Shown here piece after piece: positions 7,736 to 18,241 of a stretch of DNA of 30,725 nt (positions are counted from its first letter, which is position 1; each line of letters begins with the position of its first letter). The DNA is taken from NCBI GenBank assembly GCA_964486875.1, contig CAZAPC010000002.1, forward strand, positions 1-30,725. Reading direction: 5' to 3'. The notes below the pieces were generated by a model, which was not told the DNA's origin, ran no database searches, and saw only the letters and a program-made list of their open reading frames with translations. The position numbers and the translations under genes were made by a program. This DNA is from an uncultured Planctomycetales bacterium (GTDB lineage: Bacteria > Omnitrophota > Gorgyraeia > Gygaellales > Profunditerraquicolaceae).

Positions 7736-8542
7736 TTAAGGAATTAAAAGTCGCATTATCCTATCTGCCCAGAAAATAGAAAAAAGCGCAGCTAAAGATA
7801 AAAACGGACCGTAAGGTATGGTGTGGTCTTTCTTAGTGGCCAATATATATATACCTATGGCCGCGCCAAAAAAAGGGGCAAGGAAGAAAGTCATAAGAGC
7901 CCTTTGCCAACCCAAGAAAGCTCCGATCATAGCTAAGAGCTTTACATCGCCTCCGCCCATAGACTCAGTCTCTCCCTGTATCGGAGGTTTCTTGAGAAGT
8001 TTAAAATAAATAAGGTCGAAGAGCCACCCGGTGAAATATATCACGCCTCCCCCTATGATAATACCGAGTAAAGAATTAATCATAGGCTTAAAACTAAAAG
8101 TAAGCGGGCCTAAATTCACCCCTCTTACCGCGCTTAATATAAACCCTATGGCAATTCCGCCTAAAGTTATTTCGTCAGGAATAATCCTGTGCGGTATATC
8201 TATAAAAGTTGCGACAATTAAGGCACAGGCAAGAATAAAATAAAAGAAAAAATCATAACTTAAACCATAACGCATAAAAAGAAATAAAAACGTTAAAGCT
8301 GTTAAAAATTCAACTAACGGGTAACGCAAGGATATCTTTTCTTTACACATACGGCATTTGCCTTTTAACAGGATAAAACTTACAAAAGGTATATTATCAT
8401 ACGCAGGAATACGTTTTTTACATTTTGGGCAATGCGAACGCGGCCAAACTACAGACTCGGATTTTGGCATACGGTGTATACAAACATTTAAGAAACTACC
8501 CATTATTGCGCCCAGAATAAAAATTATTATATTTGCAATCAT
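7736..8542 (-). CDS. pilD: Type IV prepilin peptidase / N-methyltransferase
   Basis: GSFLNVCIHR, CPKC...C..C Zn motif, FIDI....IPD and MGGGDVKL (two catalytic Asp). Confidence 0.95.
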   Translation of the reverse strand: MIANIIIFILGAIMGSFLNVCIHRMPKSESVVWPRSHCPKCKKRIPAYDNIPFVSFILLKGKCRMCKEKISLRYPLVEFLTALTFLFLFMRYGLSYDFFFYFILACALIVATFIDIPHRIIPDEITLGGIAIGFILSAVRGVNLGPLTFSFKPMINSLLGIIIGGGVIYFTGWLFDLIYFKLLKKPPIQGETESMGGGDVKLLAMIGAFLGWQRALMTFFLAPFFGAAIGIYILATKKDHTIPYGPFLSLAALFSIFWADRIMRLLIP

Positions 8543-8557
8543 ATATCCCTCTCTTTT

Positions 8558-9403
8558 CTATCCACGCATAACAGCTTTTTCTAAAGCTTTTTGCATTGCC
8601 TCAATAGGGGCTTTTCTCGGATGTATCCATATATTTAACGATTCAACTCCCTGATACAAAAGCATACCTAAACCATTAGAATAATTAACTCCTGCTTCTT
8701 TCGCCAGTTTCAACAACTTAGTCTCTTTAGGATTATAAATTAAGTCGTAAACAAAAAGCCCTGGATGGAGCATGCTACGGTCAATTAAAAGCGGGTCATC
8801 AGGTTTCATGCCAACCGAAGAAGCATTAACCAAAAGATCTTTATCCGCAAGGCTCAACTCTTCGATTTTCCCTACTGCCCTGAATCCTGAACCGGGGAAT
8901 AGGGAATTAAACTGCTTCATCAGGCTTAAAGAGCGGAAATGGTCAATATCATATATAAGGACTTCGGAAACTTTCTTTTTCCCTAAAGCAAAACATACGG
9001 CCCTGGCTGCTCCTCCTGCGCCAACCATAGCTACTCTTTTAGGCTTAAGATTTAATTCCTTGATGTGCCTTAAAAAACCGAGGTAATCGGTATTAAAGAA
9101 ATTAACACTGCCTTTTTTATCCACAAAAACAGTATTGGCAGCACCGATAGAGCTAACTACGCTATTTTTTCTCCCGCGGACAAGCTGCAATAGTACTTCT
9201 TTATAGGGTACAGTTATATTCAAACCGCGTATATTATTTTTATCAAGGTTTAAAAAGAAATCCCTAAGCTCTCTCTTATCTAGAGGAAATAGTTTATAGT
9301 TTGCTTTTATTCTCAGCTTAAGAAATGCGGCGTTGTGCATCGAAGGAGAAAAACTGTGTTTTAGAGGATTTCCTACTAAGCCGAAGGTGAGACCCTGAGT
9401 CAT
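8558..9403 (-). CDS. aroE: Shikimate dehydrogenase
   Basis: GNPLKHSFSP, NITVPYK, GAANT, NTD, GAGGAA, DLIYNP and GLGML..QG motifs. Confidence 0.96.
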   Translation of the reverse strand: MTQGLTFGLVGNPLKHSFSPSMHNAAFLKLRIKANYKLFPLDKRELRDFFLNLDKNNIRGLNITVPYKEVLLQLVRGRKNSVVSSIGAANTVFVDKKGSVNFFNTDYLGFLRHIKELNLKPKRVAMVGAGGAARAVCFALGKKKVSEVLIYDIDHFRSLSLMKQFNSLFPGSGFRAVGKIEELSLADKDLLVNASSVGMKPDDPLLIDRSMLHPGLFVYDLIYNPKETKLLKLAKEAGVNYSNGLGMLLYQGVESLNIWIHPRKAPIEAMQKALEKAVMRG

Positions 9404-10905
9404 TTATGCTCTAGCCTGTTTATTGCATCCAAATATGCCCTAATTGCCGCTTCGATAATATCAGTACTTGCGCCGCGCCCGCCGAGTACCTTATCCTTGA
9501 CCTTAAGCTTTAAACTTACCTGGCCTAAGGCGTCTTTGCCTGAAGTCACTGCTTCAAGCCTAAAATCACCGAGTTTAGCTTTGTACCCTGTTACCTTATC
9601 TATCGCTTTGAATACTGCATCCACCGGCCCATCCCCTGACGAAACACCGGATAAAACTCTTCCTTTCTTGTTTAGCTGAACTCTGGCATTAGGTTTAATT
9701 TTAGTGCCCGAGGTAACCTCAAAACTTATCAAACTCCATAACGGCTTAATTACGCGTATTTCATCTTCAGCAATAATCCTTAAATCATCATCAAAAATAT
9801 TTTTCTTTTTATCGGCGATCTCTTTAAAGCGGATAAAGGCTTTATTTAGCTTCTCTTCGTTAAGATGAAATCCTAAGGCTTTCAGCCTATCCCTGAATGC
9901 ATGCCTGCCGGAGTGCTTACCTAAGATAAGCCGGCTTGAAGACATACCGACATCCTTAGGGTCCATAATCTCATAGGTTATACGCTTCTTTAACACTGCG
10001 TCCTGATGAATGCCTGATTCATGCGAAAAGGCATTCCTACCTACAATGGCCTTATTAGGGGGGACAACGAAGTCAGTAAGGTTATTTATCATGCGGGATG
10101 TCCTGAATATCTCTTTAGTATTTACATCCGTATAAAAAGATCCGAAAGCATCCCTGCGGGTTTTAATTGCCATAACAATCTCTTCCAGGGACGCATTTCC
10201 TGCGCGCTCACCTATGCCGTTTATAGTGCAGTGCGCCTGGCGCGCTCCGGCTAATATACCGGAGAGAGAATTAGCCACAGCCATACCCAGGTCATCGTGG
10301 CAATGCACAGCAATAACCGCCTTATTAATATTTGTCACATTATTTTTTATATCCTCTATTAATGAATACATCTCCTGAGGATAGGTGTATCCGGTAGTAT
10401 CAGGGATATTAATAGTCCTGGCTCCTTCTTTTATAACACCTTCTATTACGCGGTAGAGAAAATCCCTTTCTGAACGCGTTGCATCTTCGGGAGAGAATTC
10501 TATATCAGGGCAAAGCTTTCTTCCAAACTTTGTAGCATCCAACGCTATTTTTAGTATCTCATCCTCTGCCTTTTTAAATTTATACTTAAGATGAATTTTT
10601 GAGGTGGCAAGGAAAATATGCAGCCGGGGCATCTTTGCTGCTTTCGTCGCATTATGCGCAGCTTCAATATCAGGCCTTAGGCAGCGCGCGAGCGCACAAA
10701 CACCGCAAGCTTTAACAGCTTTAGAAATCTTCGCAACAGCCTTAAAGTCACCTGGCGAAGCAATAGGAAACCCCGCTTCGATAACATCAACTCCTAATTT
10801 CTCTAGCTGAAAAGCAACTTCCAGCTTCTCCTGATCGGTTAAAGATCCTCCCGGAGCCTGTTCTCCATCGCGTAAGGTTGTATCAAATATTATTATTTTC
10901 TCCAT
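9400..10905 (-). CDS. leuA: 2-isopropylmalate synthase
   Basis: [39 protein letters not shown] and a C-terminal regulatory domain (GDGPVDA). Confidence 0.9.
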   Translation of the reverse strand: MEKIIIFDTTLRDGEQAPGGSLTDQEKLEVAFQLEKLGVDVIEAGFPIASPGDFKAVAKISKAVKACGVCALARCLRPDIEAAHNATKAAKMPRLHIFLATSKIHLKYKFKKAEDEILKIALDATKFGRKLCPDIEFSPEDATRSERDFLYRVIEGVIKEGARTINIPDTTGYTYPQEMYSLIEDIKNNVTNINKAVIAVHCHDDLGMAVANSLSGILAGARQAHCTINGIGERAGNASLEEIVMAIKTRRDAFGSFYTDVNTKEIFRTSRMINNLTDFVVPPNKAIVGRNAFSHESGIHQDAVLKKRITYEIMDPKDVGMSSSRLILGKHSGRHAFRDRLKALGFHLNEEKLNKAFIRFKEIADKKKNIFDDDLRIIAEDEIRVIKPLWSLISFEVTSGTKIKPNARVQLNKKGRVLSGVSSGDGPVDAVFKAIDKVTGYKAKLGDFRLEAVTSGKDALGQVSLKLKVKDKVLGGRGASTDIIEAAIRAYLDAINRLEHK

Positions 10906-10908
10906 TAT

Positions 10909-11901
10909 TTAATGTTTCATCCAAGGCATCATCTCGCGTAACTCTTTACCCACCTTTTCAATAAGATGGTTATCTCCTTCGGAAATCAGCTTGTTGAAAT
11001 TCGGCCTGCCGTCCTCATTCTCCTTAATCCACTCTTTGGCAAACTTTCCGCTCTTTATCTCTTTCAGTATCTTCTGCATTTCTTTACGGGTCTTAACAGT
11101 AATTATCCTGGGGCCTCTTGTCAAATCACCATAGCAGGCAGTATTAGAAACACCTCTGCGCATTCCGGATATGCCGCGCTCCTGGATTAAATCGGTGATT
11201 AACTTTAGTTCATGCAATACCTCAAAATAAGCAATCTCCGGCTGGTATCCTGCCTCAATTAAGGTATCAAATCCTGCCTTTATAAGCTCGCTCACACCTC
11301 CGCAAAGCACTGCCTGTTCGCCAAAAAGATCAGTCTCTGTCTCTTCTTCAAAAGTTGTCTCGATAACACCGGCAGTAGTAGCCTTAATTGCTTTTGCATA
11401 TGCAAGCGCTAACTGTTTAGCCTCGCCCGTTGCATCCTGATAAATAGCAATTAAAGACGGGACACCTTTGCCTTCCTCGTACATTTTTCTGACCAATGCA
11501 CCGGGGCCCTTTGGTGCCACCATAAATACATCTACATTTTTCGGAGGTTTTATCTGTTTAAAGCGAATATTAAAACCGTGGGAAAAACAAAGCGCTTTTC
11601 CCTTTTTCAGATTGGGCTTTATGGCATCTTTGTAAACTTTCGCCTGAACATGATCCTGAGTCAAAATCTGGATTATATCTGCAGCCTTAGCTGCCTCTGC
11701 CGCAGAGACCGGAATAAAGCCATCTTTCTTTGCCTGTTCAAAATTAGGCGTACCTTCCATTTCAGATACAATAACCCGGACACCTGAATCACGCAGGCAT
11801 AAAGACTGCCCCCTGCCCTGAATACCGTAGCCGATAATCGCTATAGTCTTATCTTTTAACAAATTCAAATCCGCGTCGTTGTCATAATAAATCTTCGCCA
11901 T
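10909..11901 (-). CDS. ilvC: Ketol-acid reductoisomerase (class I)
   Basis: [36 protein letters not shown] and AYFEVLHE motifs. Confidence 0.97.
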   Translation of the reverse strand: MAKIYYDNDADLNLLKDKTIAIIGYGIQGRGQSLCLRDSGVRVIVSEMEGTPNFEQAKKDGFIPVSAAEAAKAADIIQILTQDHVQAKVYKDAIKPNLKKGKALCFSHGFNIRFKQIKPPKNVDVFMVAPKGPGALVRKMYEEGKGVPSLIAIYQDATGEAKQLALAYAKAIKATTAGVIETTFEEETETDLFGEQAVLCGGVSELIKAGFDTLIEAGYQPEIAYFEVLHELKLITDLIQERGISGMRRGVSNTACYGDLTRGPRIITVKTRKEMQKILKEIKSGKFAKEWIKENEDGRPNFNKLISEGDNHLIEKVGKELREMMPWMKH

Positions 11902-11918
11902 TACTTATTCCTCCTTTT

Positions 11919-11991
11919 GGGACGGTTCTTAACTTAATCTAAAAGTGTCCCTATTTTGGGAACAGTTCTGCTTTGGCTTAAGAACCATCCC
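11919..11991. repeat. 73-bp REP/REPIN-like palindromic element, family G copy A
   Basis: Terminal inverted repeat GGGACGGTTCTTAA/TTAAGAACCATCCC (1 mismatch). Shares 66/73 identity with the reverse complement of 17169-17241. Confidence 0.92.
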
Positions 11992-12464
11992 TAATTACTG
12001 ATTGCTAATTTTCCTGTTCTGATTAATTCTTTAATTCCAAACTTATCCAACTCTTCAAGAAGCGATTTAATCTGCACGTGGTTTCCTACAGCCTCTATAA
12101 TCGCAATATCATCTTTACAATGGATTATCTTTCCTACATACTTTAAGAAAATAGATTCCAGCTTTTCTTTATCTTTAGGGCTATAATTAATCTTTGTTAA
12201 AACAAGCTCACGGTCGATATGTTCTTTTTTGGTGAAATCAGTGACGGTAATTACATCGATCAGTTTATTCAACTGTTTTTTTATCTGCTCCAGTATCTTT
12301 TCGTCCTGCGCCTCGACTACAATAGTCATATATGAAATTGTCGGGTCCAGCGTTTCAGAAACAGCTAAAGAGGCAATATTATAGCCCCGGGCGCTGAATA
12401 AACCGGCTATGCGCGCTAAAACTCCGAATTTATTCTCTACTAAAACAGATATTGTATGTCTCAT
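11991..12464 (-). CDS. ilvN: Acetolactate synthase small (regulatory) subunit
   Basis: ACT domain LVENKFGVLARIAGLFSARGYNIASL, QLNKLIDV, RELVL and RTG motifs. Confidence 0.95.
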   Translation of the reverse strand: MRHTISVLVENKFGVLARIAGLFSARGYNIASLAVSETLDPTISYMTIVVEAQDEKILEQIKKQLNKLIDVITVTDFTKKEHIDRELVLTKINYSPKDKEKLESIFLKYVGKIIHCKDDIAIIEAVGNHVQIKSLLEELDKFGIKELIRTGKLAISN

Positions 12465-12476
12465 CCTATTAATTCC

Positions 12477-14144
12477 TTATGCCAGACCATCAATCATATT
12501 GTTAATCGCATGGCCCGCAGGTACCATTGGCCAGACATTCTCTTCGGGCTCAATTATGAACTCCACAAAAACAGTGTTATTTATTTTCATTGCCTTTTGG
12601 ATTGCCTTCTTTACTTGCTCTTTTTTGGTTACGCGCATTCCCACAGCGCCATAGCTTTCTGCAAGCTTTACAAAATCGGGGCTGGTAATAGGGGTATACG
12701 AGTAGCGTTTCTTATAAAATAACTCCTGCCATTGCCTTACCATGCCTAAGTAGCCGTTATTAAAAATCAACACCTTTACATTAATCTTATTTGCTACACA
12801 AGTAGCCAGCTCCTGAATATTCATCTGAATTGATCCATCTCCGGCAATATTAAAAACCTCCTTCTCAGGAACTCCCAGCTTCGCTCCCATTGCCGCAGGA
12901 AATCCAAAACCCATCGTTCCTAACCCTCCGCTTGAGATCCAAGTGCGCGGATTTAAATGCTTATACCACTGGCATGCCCACATCTGGCTCTGCCCCACTT
13001 CAGTGCAGATAATAGCATCCCCTTTGGTTAAACCCCAGAGCTGCTCTAATATATACTGAGGCTTAAGCAGTTTACCGCTACTTTTATAGGTTAAAGGATG
13101 CTTCTTCTTCCATGCATCAACAGTTTTAAGCCACAGGGAGGTGTCCGGAACCTTTTTAATTTCTTCGAGCAGCTCTCCTATAATATTTTTTGCATCCCCC
13201 ACTATGGGAATCTCGACCTTAACATTCTTGCTGATTGATGAAGGATCTATATCTATGTGTATTACCTTTGCGTACGGAGCAAAATGGTCAAGCCTGCCTG
13301 TTACGCGGTCGTCAAAACGGGCACCCACTGCAATAATTAAATCTGCTTCCATAGTTGCATGGTTAGCATAAGCAGTCCCATGCATACCAAGCATCCCTAA
13401 ATATAATTTATTGGTGCTGGGAAAACACCCTAACCCCATAAAAGTAGTAGTTACCGGGGCCTGAATTCTCTCCGCTAACTCTCTTAAGACAAAATGAGCC
13501 CCTGAAGTAATTACCCCTCCCCCTGCATAAATAATCGGTTTTTTAGCCAAGGAGATTAACTTTGCAGCTTTTTTAATCTGGCCCGGATGGCCAAAATAAG
13601 TAGGTTGATAACTGCGTATTTTTATGTCTTCCGGCCAGATAAAATCTGCCTCTGCCCTCTGCACATCTACCGGGATATCAATAAGTACTGGCCCCGGACG
13701 TCCGCTGGATGCGATATAAAAAGCCTCGGCGATAGTACGCGCTAAATCCTTTACGTCTTTTACCAGAAAATTGTGCTTTGTGATAGGGCGGGTAATACCA
13801 GTTACGTCCGCTTCCTGGAAAGCATCGTTACCGATTAAATGTGTCCCTACCTGTCCGGTTATGGCAACCATAGGGATAGAATCCATATACGCATTCGCTA
13901 TCCCAGTCACCAGATTTGTTGCCCCGGGACCGGAGGTAGCAAGGCAGACGCCTACTTTGCCGGTTGCCCGCGCGTAACCGTCAGCAGCGTGCGCCGCCCC
14001 TTGTTCATGCCGCGTTAGAATAAACTTTATATTAAAATCGTACAGCGCATCAAAGATGGGCAGAACCTGCCCCCCGGGATATCCAAAAATTACTTCTACC
14101 CCTGCTTTCTTTAATGACGCTAATAATATTTGCGCACCTTTCAT
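12477..14144 (-). CDS. ilvB: Acetolactate synthase large subunit (biosynthetic)
   Basis: FGYPGG, RHEQGA, TSGPGATN, RFDDRVTG, the ThDP motif GDGS...NN and GMVRQWQ. Confidence 0.97.
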   Translation of the reverse strand: MKGAQILLASLKKAGVEVIFGYPGGQVLPIFDALYDFNIKFILTRHEQGAAHAADGYARATGKVGVCLATSGPGATNLVTGIANAYMDSIPMVAITGQVGTHLIGNDAFQEADVTGITRPITKHNFLVKDVKDLARTIAEAFYIASSGRPGPVLIDIPVDVQRAEADFIWPEDIKIRSYQPTYFGHPGQIKKAAKLISLAKKPIIYAGGGVITSGAHFVLRELAERIQAPVTTTFMGLGCFPSTNKLYLGMLGMHGTAYANHATMEADLIIAVGARFDDRVTGRLDHFAPYAKVIHIDIDPSSISKNVKVEIPIVGDAKNIIGELLEEIKKVPDTSLWLKTVDAWKKKHPLTYKSSGKLLKPQYILEQLWGLTKGDAIICTEVGQSQMWACQWYKHLNPRTWISSGGLGTMGFGFPAAMGAKLGVPEKEVFNIAGDGSIQMNIQELATCVANKINVKVLIFNNGYLGMVRQWQELFYKKRYSYTPITSPDFVKLAESYGAVGMRVTKKEQVKKAIQKAMKINNTVFVEFIIEPEENVWPMVPAGHAINNMIDGLA

Positions 14145-14152
14145 ATGTTTAA

Positions 14153-15805
14153 TTATTTTAAAACCGCTCCCTTGTCCGCGGATGTAACTAGTCTTAAATA
14201 ACGCGATAAATAACCGGTCTTAATTTTCGGCTCTACGGCCTTCCAACCCTTAAATCTTTTATCGATCTCCTGCTTGCTTAATCTTGCGTTAAGCTTACGG
14301 TTTGGTATATCTATTTCTACTATATCTCCGTCTCTTAATATGGCTATCGGCCCTACGGCTGAAGCTTCCGGAGAGATATGCCCGATACATGGGCCCTTTG
14401 TACCTCCGGAGAACCTGCCGTCGGTAATTAAGGCAACCGAATCTGAAAGGCCCATCCCCACTATTGAAGCAGTAGGCGCCAACATCTCGCGCATCCCCGG
14501 GCCTCCTGCAGGGCCTTCATAACGGATAACCACGACATCCCCGGATTTAATCTTTCTACCCATAATCGCCTTCATCGCCTCTTCTTCACGGTTAAAAACC
14601 CGGGCACGTCCGGTAAATTTCATCATCTTCTCGCTTACCCCTGACTGCTTTACTACTGCGCCGTTGGGCGCGATATTCCCGTAAAGAACCGCGATCCCAC
14701 CCTGCTTATGATACGCCTTACTAAAGGGACGAATAACATCCTCATCATAAATTACTGCTTTATCCGCGATCTCAAATGTTTTCTCTCCGCTTACATTCAG
14801 AGTATTATTAAGTTTTGATTTCAGCCTTTTTAATACCGCGGGGATCCCTCCTGCGTATTCTACATCCTCCATAAGATGTGTGCCTGCCGGCTCAATGCTT
14901 GCGATATGCGCAACACTCTTGCTTATTTTATCAAACGTCTTTAAATCAAGTTTTACCCCTGCTTCATGGGCAATAGCCATAAGGTGAAGTACGGTATTGC
15001 TTGAACCTCCCAGCCCCATATCAACTACAATCGCATTCTCAAGAGAATCCTTGGTTATTATATCGCGCGGCTTTATATCTTTTTTTACCAGCTCAACAAT
15101 CCGCTCTCCGCTTGCCTGCGCGATCCTGCGCTTATTTGCGGAACCGGCTAAACCCGTGCCGCAGCCCGGCAAAGACATACCCATGGTTTCTGTAAGGCAA
15201 GCCATGGTATTTGCGGTATAAAGCCCCTGGCATGAGCCCTGGCCCGGGCAAGCTTCCATCTCTAAACAGGATAATTCCTGCATAGAAATATCCCCCTTTC
15301 TTGCCCGCGCAATTCCCTCGTAAGTATCATGCACAAAAGCAAGCCTTCTCTTATTCCATCTTCCCCCTAACATCGGGCCGGCAGTAACTATAATCGCCGG
15401 GATATTAAGCCGGGCAACACCCATAAGCATCCCCGGAGTAATTTTATCGCAATTAGTCAAGCAGACAATCCCGTCTAACTGGTGCGCATTACAGACGGTT
15501 TCAATGGTATCAGCCACAAGCTCGCGAAGCGCCATCGGATAACACATACCCAAATGCCCCATGGCAATCCCGTCGCAGATGCCGGGAACGCCGAAAAAGA
15601 AAGGAACTCCCTGGCCGTAACAGATGCCGCGCTCAATAAAACGCTCCAAATCGCGCATCCCCACATGGCCGGGGATTAAATCATTAAAAGATGTGGCTAC
15701 CCCGATAAAAGGCCTGCCTAAATCCTTGCGCGATAAACCCGTAGCATGCAATAACGCCCGGTGCGGAACTCTCTCTAAGCCTTTTTTTACTTTATCCGAA
15801 CGCAT
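14153..15805 (-). CDS. ilvD: Dihydroxy-acid dehydratase
   Basis: [48 protein letters not shown] and TDGRFSGG motifs. Confidence 0.97.
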   Translation of the reverse strand: MRSDKVKKGLERVPHRALLHATGLSRKDLGRPFIGVATSFNDLIPGHVGMRDLERFIERGICYGQGVPFFFGVPGICDGIAMGHLGMCYPMALRELVADTIETVCNAHQLDGIVCLTNCDKITPGMLMGVARLNIPAIIVTAGPMLGGRWNKRRLAFVHDTYEGIARARKGDISMQELSCLEMEACPGQGSCQGLYTANTMACLTETMGMSLPGCGTGLAGSANKRRIAQASGERIVELVKKDIKPRDIITKDSLENAIVVDMGLGGSSNTVLHLMAIAHEAGVKLDLKTFDKISKSVAHIASIEPAGTHLMEDVEYAGGIPAVLKRLKSKLNNTLNVSGEKTFEIADKAVIYDEDVIRPFSKAYHKQGGIAVLYGNIAPNGAVVKQSGVSEKMMKFTGRARVFNREEEAMKAIMGRKIKSGDVVVIRYEGPAGGPGMREMLAPTASIVGMGLSDSVALITDGRFSGGTKGPCIGHISPEASAVGPIAILRDGDIVEIDIPNRKLNARLSKQEIDKRFKGWKAVEPKIKTGYLSRYLRLVTSADKGAVLK

Positions 15806-15814
15806 GTTTACCTC

Positions 15815-17137
15815 CTAATCCGCCCCTTCTCCATCATGAACTATCTCTTTCTCGCTTCTTTTACGCACGATAACGCGCTTTAAAGTAACATACTTATCCA
15901 CAATATCTTTATTGTTAACGGCATCAAGCTGTTTAAATAGAAAATCAAATTTTTGCTCAATCTCTGCTGCGATTGCACTACGCACTTCCTGTGATAAGCC
16001 CATAATCTCTTTCTTAAAAGGACCTAATGCCTTCTTACGGGTTTTATAAAAGAACTGCTCATCAGTCTCTCCATCTTTGCGCTCTGAAGCAGCGTTGGTT
16101 TTAAGCCATTCGTAGATTTTATTCTTTAACTCAATAGGAAAATGCTTGCTGTCAAACATCATATTCTGGAAGCCCGTAGCTAAATGCACCTCTAACGTAT
16201 CATTCTCCGGGAATTTATGGAACATATCTTCCGGCAAAGTAGACGCACCATGCTGCACTGCCCCCCCAAGCCCAAATTCCTTCTTCGCAATTTCTGATAT
16301 TGTCTTTAAGGTGTTAAAGTCGAGCTTTACCTCAGCAATACTCCCGTCCGCCTTTACAACTCCTCCGTGCGAAGTTCCTGTTTGAATTGAAATCTTGCTT
16401 ATTCCTACCAACCCTTTGCGTAATCTCTCCCTAAACCCTTCCATGAAAGCGCGCAGGTCTTCAGGCGTTGAATTAGTGTGTCCTACTTCACCGATTTCTC
16501 CGCCAACCGAAACAGTAATCCCCTTTGGCTCTATCCTACGGATAAACTGAGTAAGCTTTGCGCATGACTCGTAATTATCCTTCTGTTGTTTCTTTATTTC
16601 TTTTTTTGATAAATCTACTAAGGTAGACGAATCGATATCAATATTATAAAACCCGCAAGCAACCGCATCAGCTATTAAATCCTGCAGAGTTTGCAATTCA
16701 TCACCAGCATTCTCTTTAAATTTTTTAAGATTTACCTGGGTATGGTCGGCCTGAATAAAAACAGGCCCCTGCCAACTCTCCTTTATTGCTGCAGCTAATA
16801 TTACCCCAGTAAATTCTGCAGGAGGTTGCGCAGTATAGCCCATCTCAGACTTAGCAATCTCAAATATGAAAGCGCCGCTATTATTTTTTATAGCTGTTCT
16901 AAAAATAGCACTCGCTAAATCATAAGACATGCTTCTTAAATTTATAGCCGGTACTGTAAATCCGGAGACTTCCCCTCTTCCAAAAGCCACATACAACTCA
17001 TGTATACTTGAAGGATAAATTCCTTTTTTATAGGCTAGGTTTAATATCTTCTTAGATAATTCATTTTTTGCCGCTGCGTCATCGCTAAAAACTAACTCCA
17101 TTGCAAGCTTATCAATGCTTAAAGACTTTCTTCCCAT
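15815..17137 (-). CDS. fba: Class II fructose-bisphosphate aldolase, long atypical subfamily
   Basis: TVPAIN, QADH, GGEIGEVG, GTSHGG, VQHGAS and EVHLATGF motifs; adjacent to pfkA. Confidence 0.85.
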   Translation of the reverse strand: MGRKSLSIDKLAMELVFSDDAAAKNELSKKILNLAYKKGIYPSSIHELYVAFGRGEVSGFTVPAINLRSMSYDLASAIFRTAIKNNSGAFIFEIAKSEMGYTAQPPAEFTGVILAAAIKESWQGPVFIQADHTQVNLKKFKENAGDELQTLQDLIADAVACGFYNIDIDSSTLVDLSKKEIKKQQKDNYESCAKLTQFIRRIEPKGITVSVGGEIGEVGHTNSTPEDLRAFMEGFRERLRKGLVGISKISIQTGTSHGGVVKADGSIAEVKLDFNTLKTISEIAKKEFGLGGAVQHGASTLPEDMFHKFPENDTLEVHLATGFQNMMFDSKHFPIELKNKIYEWLKTNAASERKDGETDEQFFYKTRKKALGPFKKEIMGLSQEVRSAIAAEIEQKFDFLFKQLDAVNNKDIVDKYVTLKRVIVRKRSEKEIVHDGEGAD

Positions 17138-17168
17138 CTTATTTAACTACTCCTTTCATCTTTATCCA

Positions 17169-17241
17169 GGGATGGTTCTCAAACCAAAGCAAAACTGTCC
17201 CCTAAAAAGGGACACTTTTAGATTAAATTAAGAACCGTCCC
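17169..17241. repeat. 73-bp REP/REPIN-like palindromic element, family G copy B (inverted relative to copy A)
   Basis: GGGATGGTTCT...AGAACCGTCCC ends; inner stem AAAACTGTCCC/GGGACACTTTT. Confidence 0.92.
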
Positions 17242-18200
17242 TAAGTTAGGGTCTTGATTAAATTATACCAGTACTCTGCTTTTAGCTCTTTCTTTTTAAT
17301 TGCGTTCTCAAATTTAACTTCGGAGATCCTACCACAGCATAAACCAACAGCCAAATCTTTTTTCCCCTCTAATAAAGCATCTACGGCCGCATCCCCTAAC
17401 CTTAAAGCTAAATCACGGCTAAATGCTGTAGGGCTTCCCCCGCGCTGCACATGGCCTAAAACAACAGCTCTGGTTTCCAAAGAAGTTATCTCTGTTATCT
17501 TGTTAGCGATATCAACCGCGCTGCCCGCGCCTTCTGCTACGACAATAATCCAGCTCACCTTCCCGTGTATATTACCCTCGACTATATCATGGCACATCTT
17601 TTCAAAATTAGGTTTAAGTTCCGGGATAATCACGTCTTCACACCCTCCGGCAAGTGCAACCGAAAGAGCAATAAACCCGCAATCTCTCCCCATAACCTCG
17701 ATAACAAATATCCTCTCCATGCTGGTTGCGGTATCGCGTATGTTATCAATAGCCTTTAATGCAGTATTGATAGCGGTATCGGATCCTATCGTGTAATCTA
17801 TCCCGTTAATATCATTATCAATTGACGCAGGTATCCCGACACAAGGAATATCATAAGCGGTCCCGAAATTATGGGTGGCGGTAAAGCTTCCGTTGCCTCC
17901 GATAACTACAAGGCCATCAATAGAATTATTTTTAATCGTTTTAAATGCGCGATCCTGATATTCTTTGGATGAGAACTCCGGACAACGCCCTGTTTTAAGC
18001 ATTGTTCCGCCCTGGCTGATAATGCCGGATACAGAACGGTGATCAAGGTCTCTAAGCTCCTCATTAATTAATCCCCACCATCCCCGGAAAATACCCGTTA
18101 CTTTCAGGCCTCTGTTAATCCCATAACGCACCACAGAGCGTATTGCCGGATTCATCCCCGGCGCATCTCCGCCGGTAGTTAACACTGCGATCTTCTTCAT
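17241..18200 (-). CDS. pfkA: 6-phosphofructokinase (PfkA family, probably ATP-dependent)
   Basis: GGDAPGMN, GGNGS, SIDND, EVMGRDCG, VAEG and LGHVQRGG motifs. Confidence 0.95.
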   Translation of the reverse strand: MKKIAVLTTGGDAPGMNPAIRSVVRYGINRGLKVTGIFRGWWGLINEELRDLDHRSVSGIISQGGTMLKTGRCPEFSSKEYQDRAFKTIKNNSIDGLVVIGGNGSFTATHNFGTAYDIPCVGIPASIDNDINGIDYTIGSDTAINTALKAIDNIRDTATSMERIFVIEVMGRDCGFIALSVALAGGCEDVIIPELKPNFEKMCHDIVEGNIHGKVSWIIVVAEGAGSAVDIANKITEITSLETRAVVLGHVQRGGSPTAFSRDLALRLGDAAVDALLEGKKDLAVGLCCGRISEVKFENAIKKKELKAEYWYNLIKTLT

Positions 18201-18241
18201 CTTTTCCCTATCTCCTGGCTACTAGCTGCTGACTACTTACT

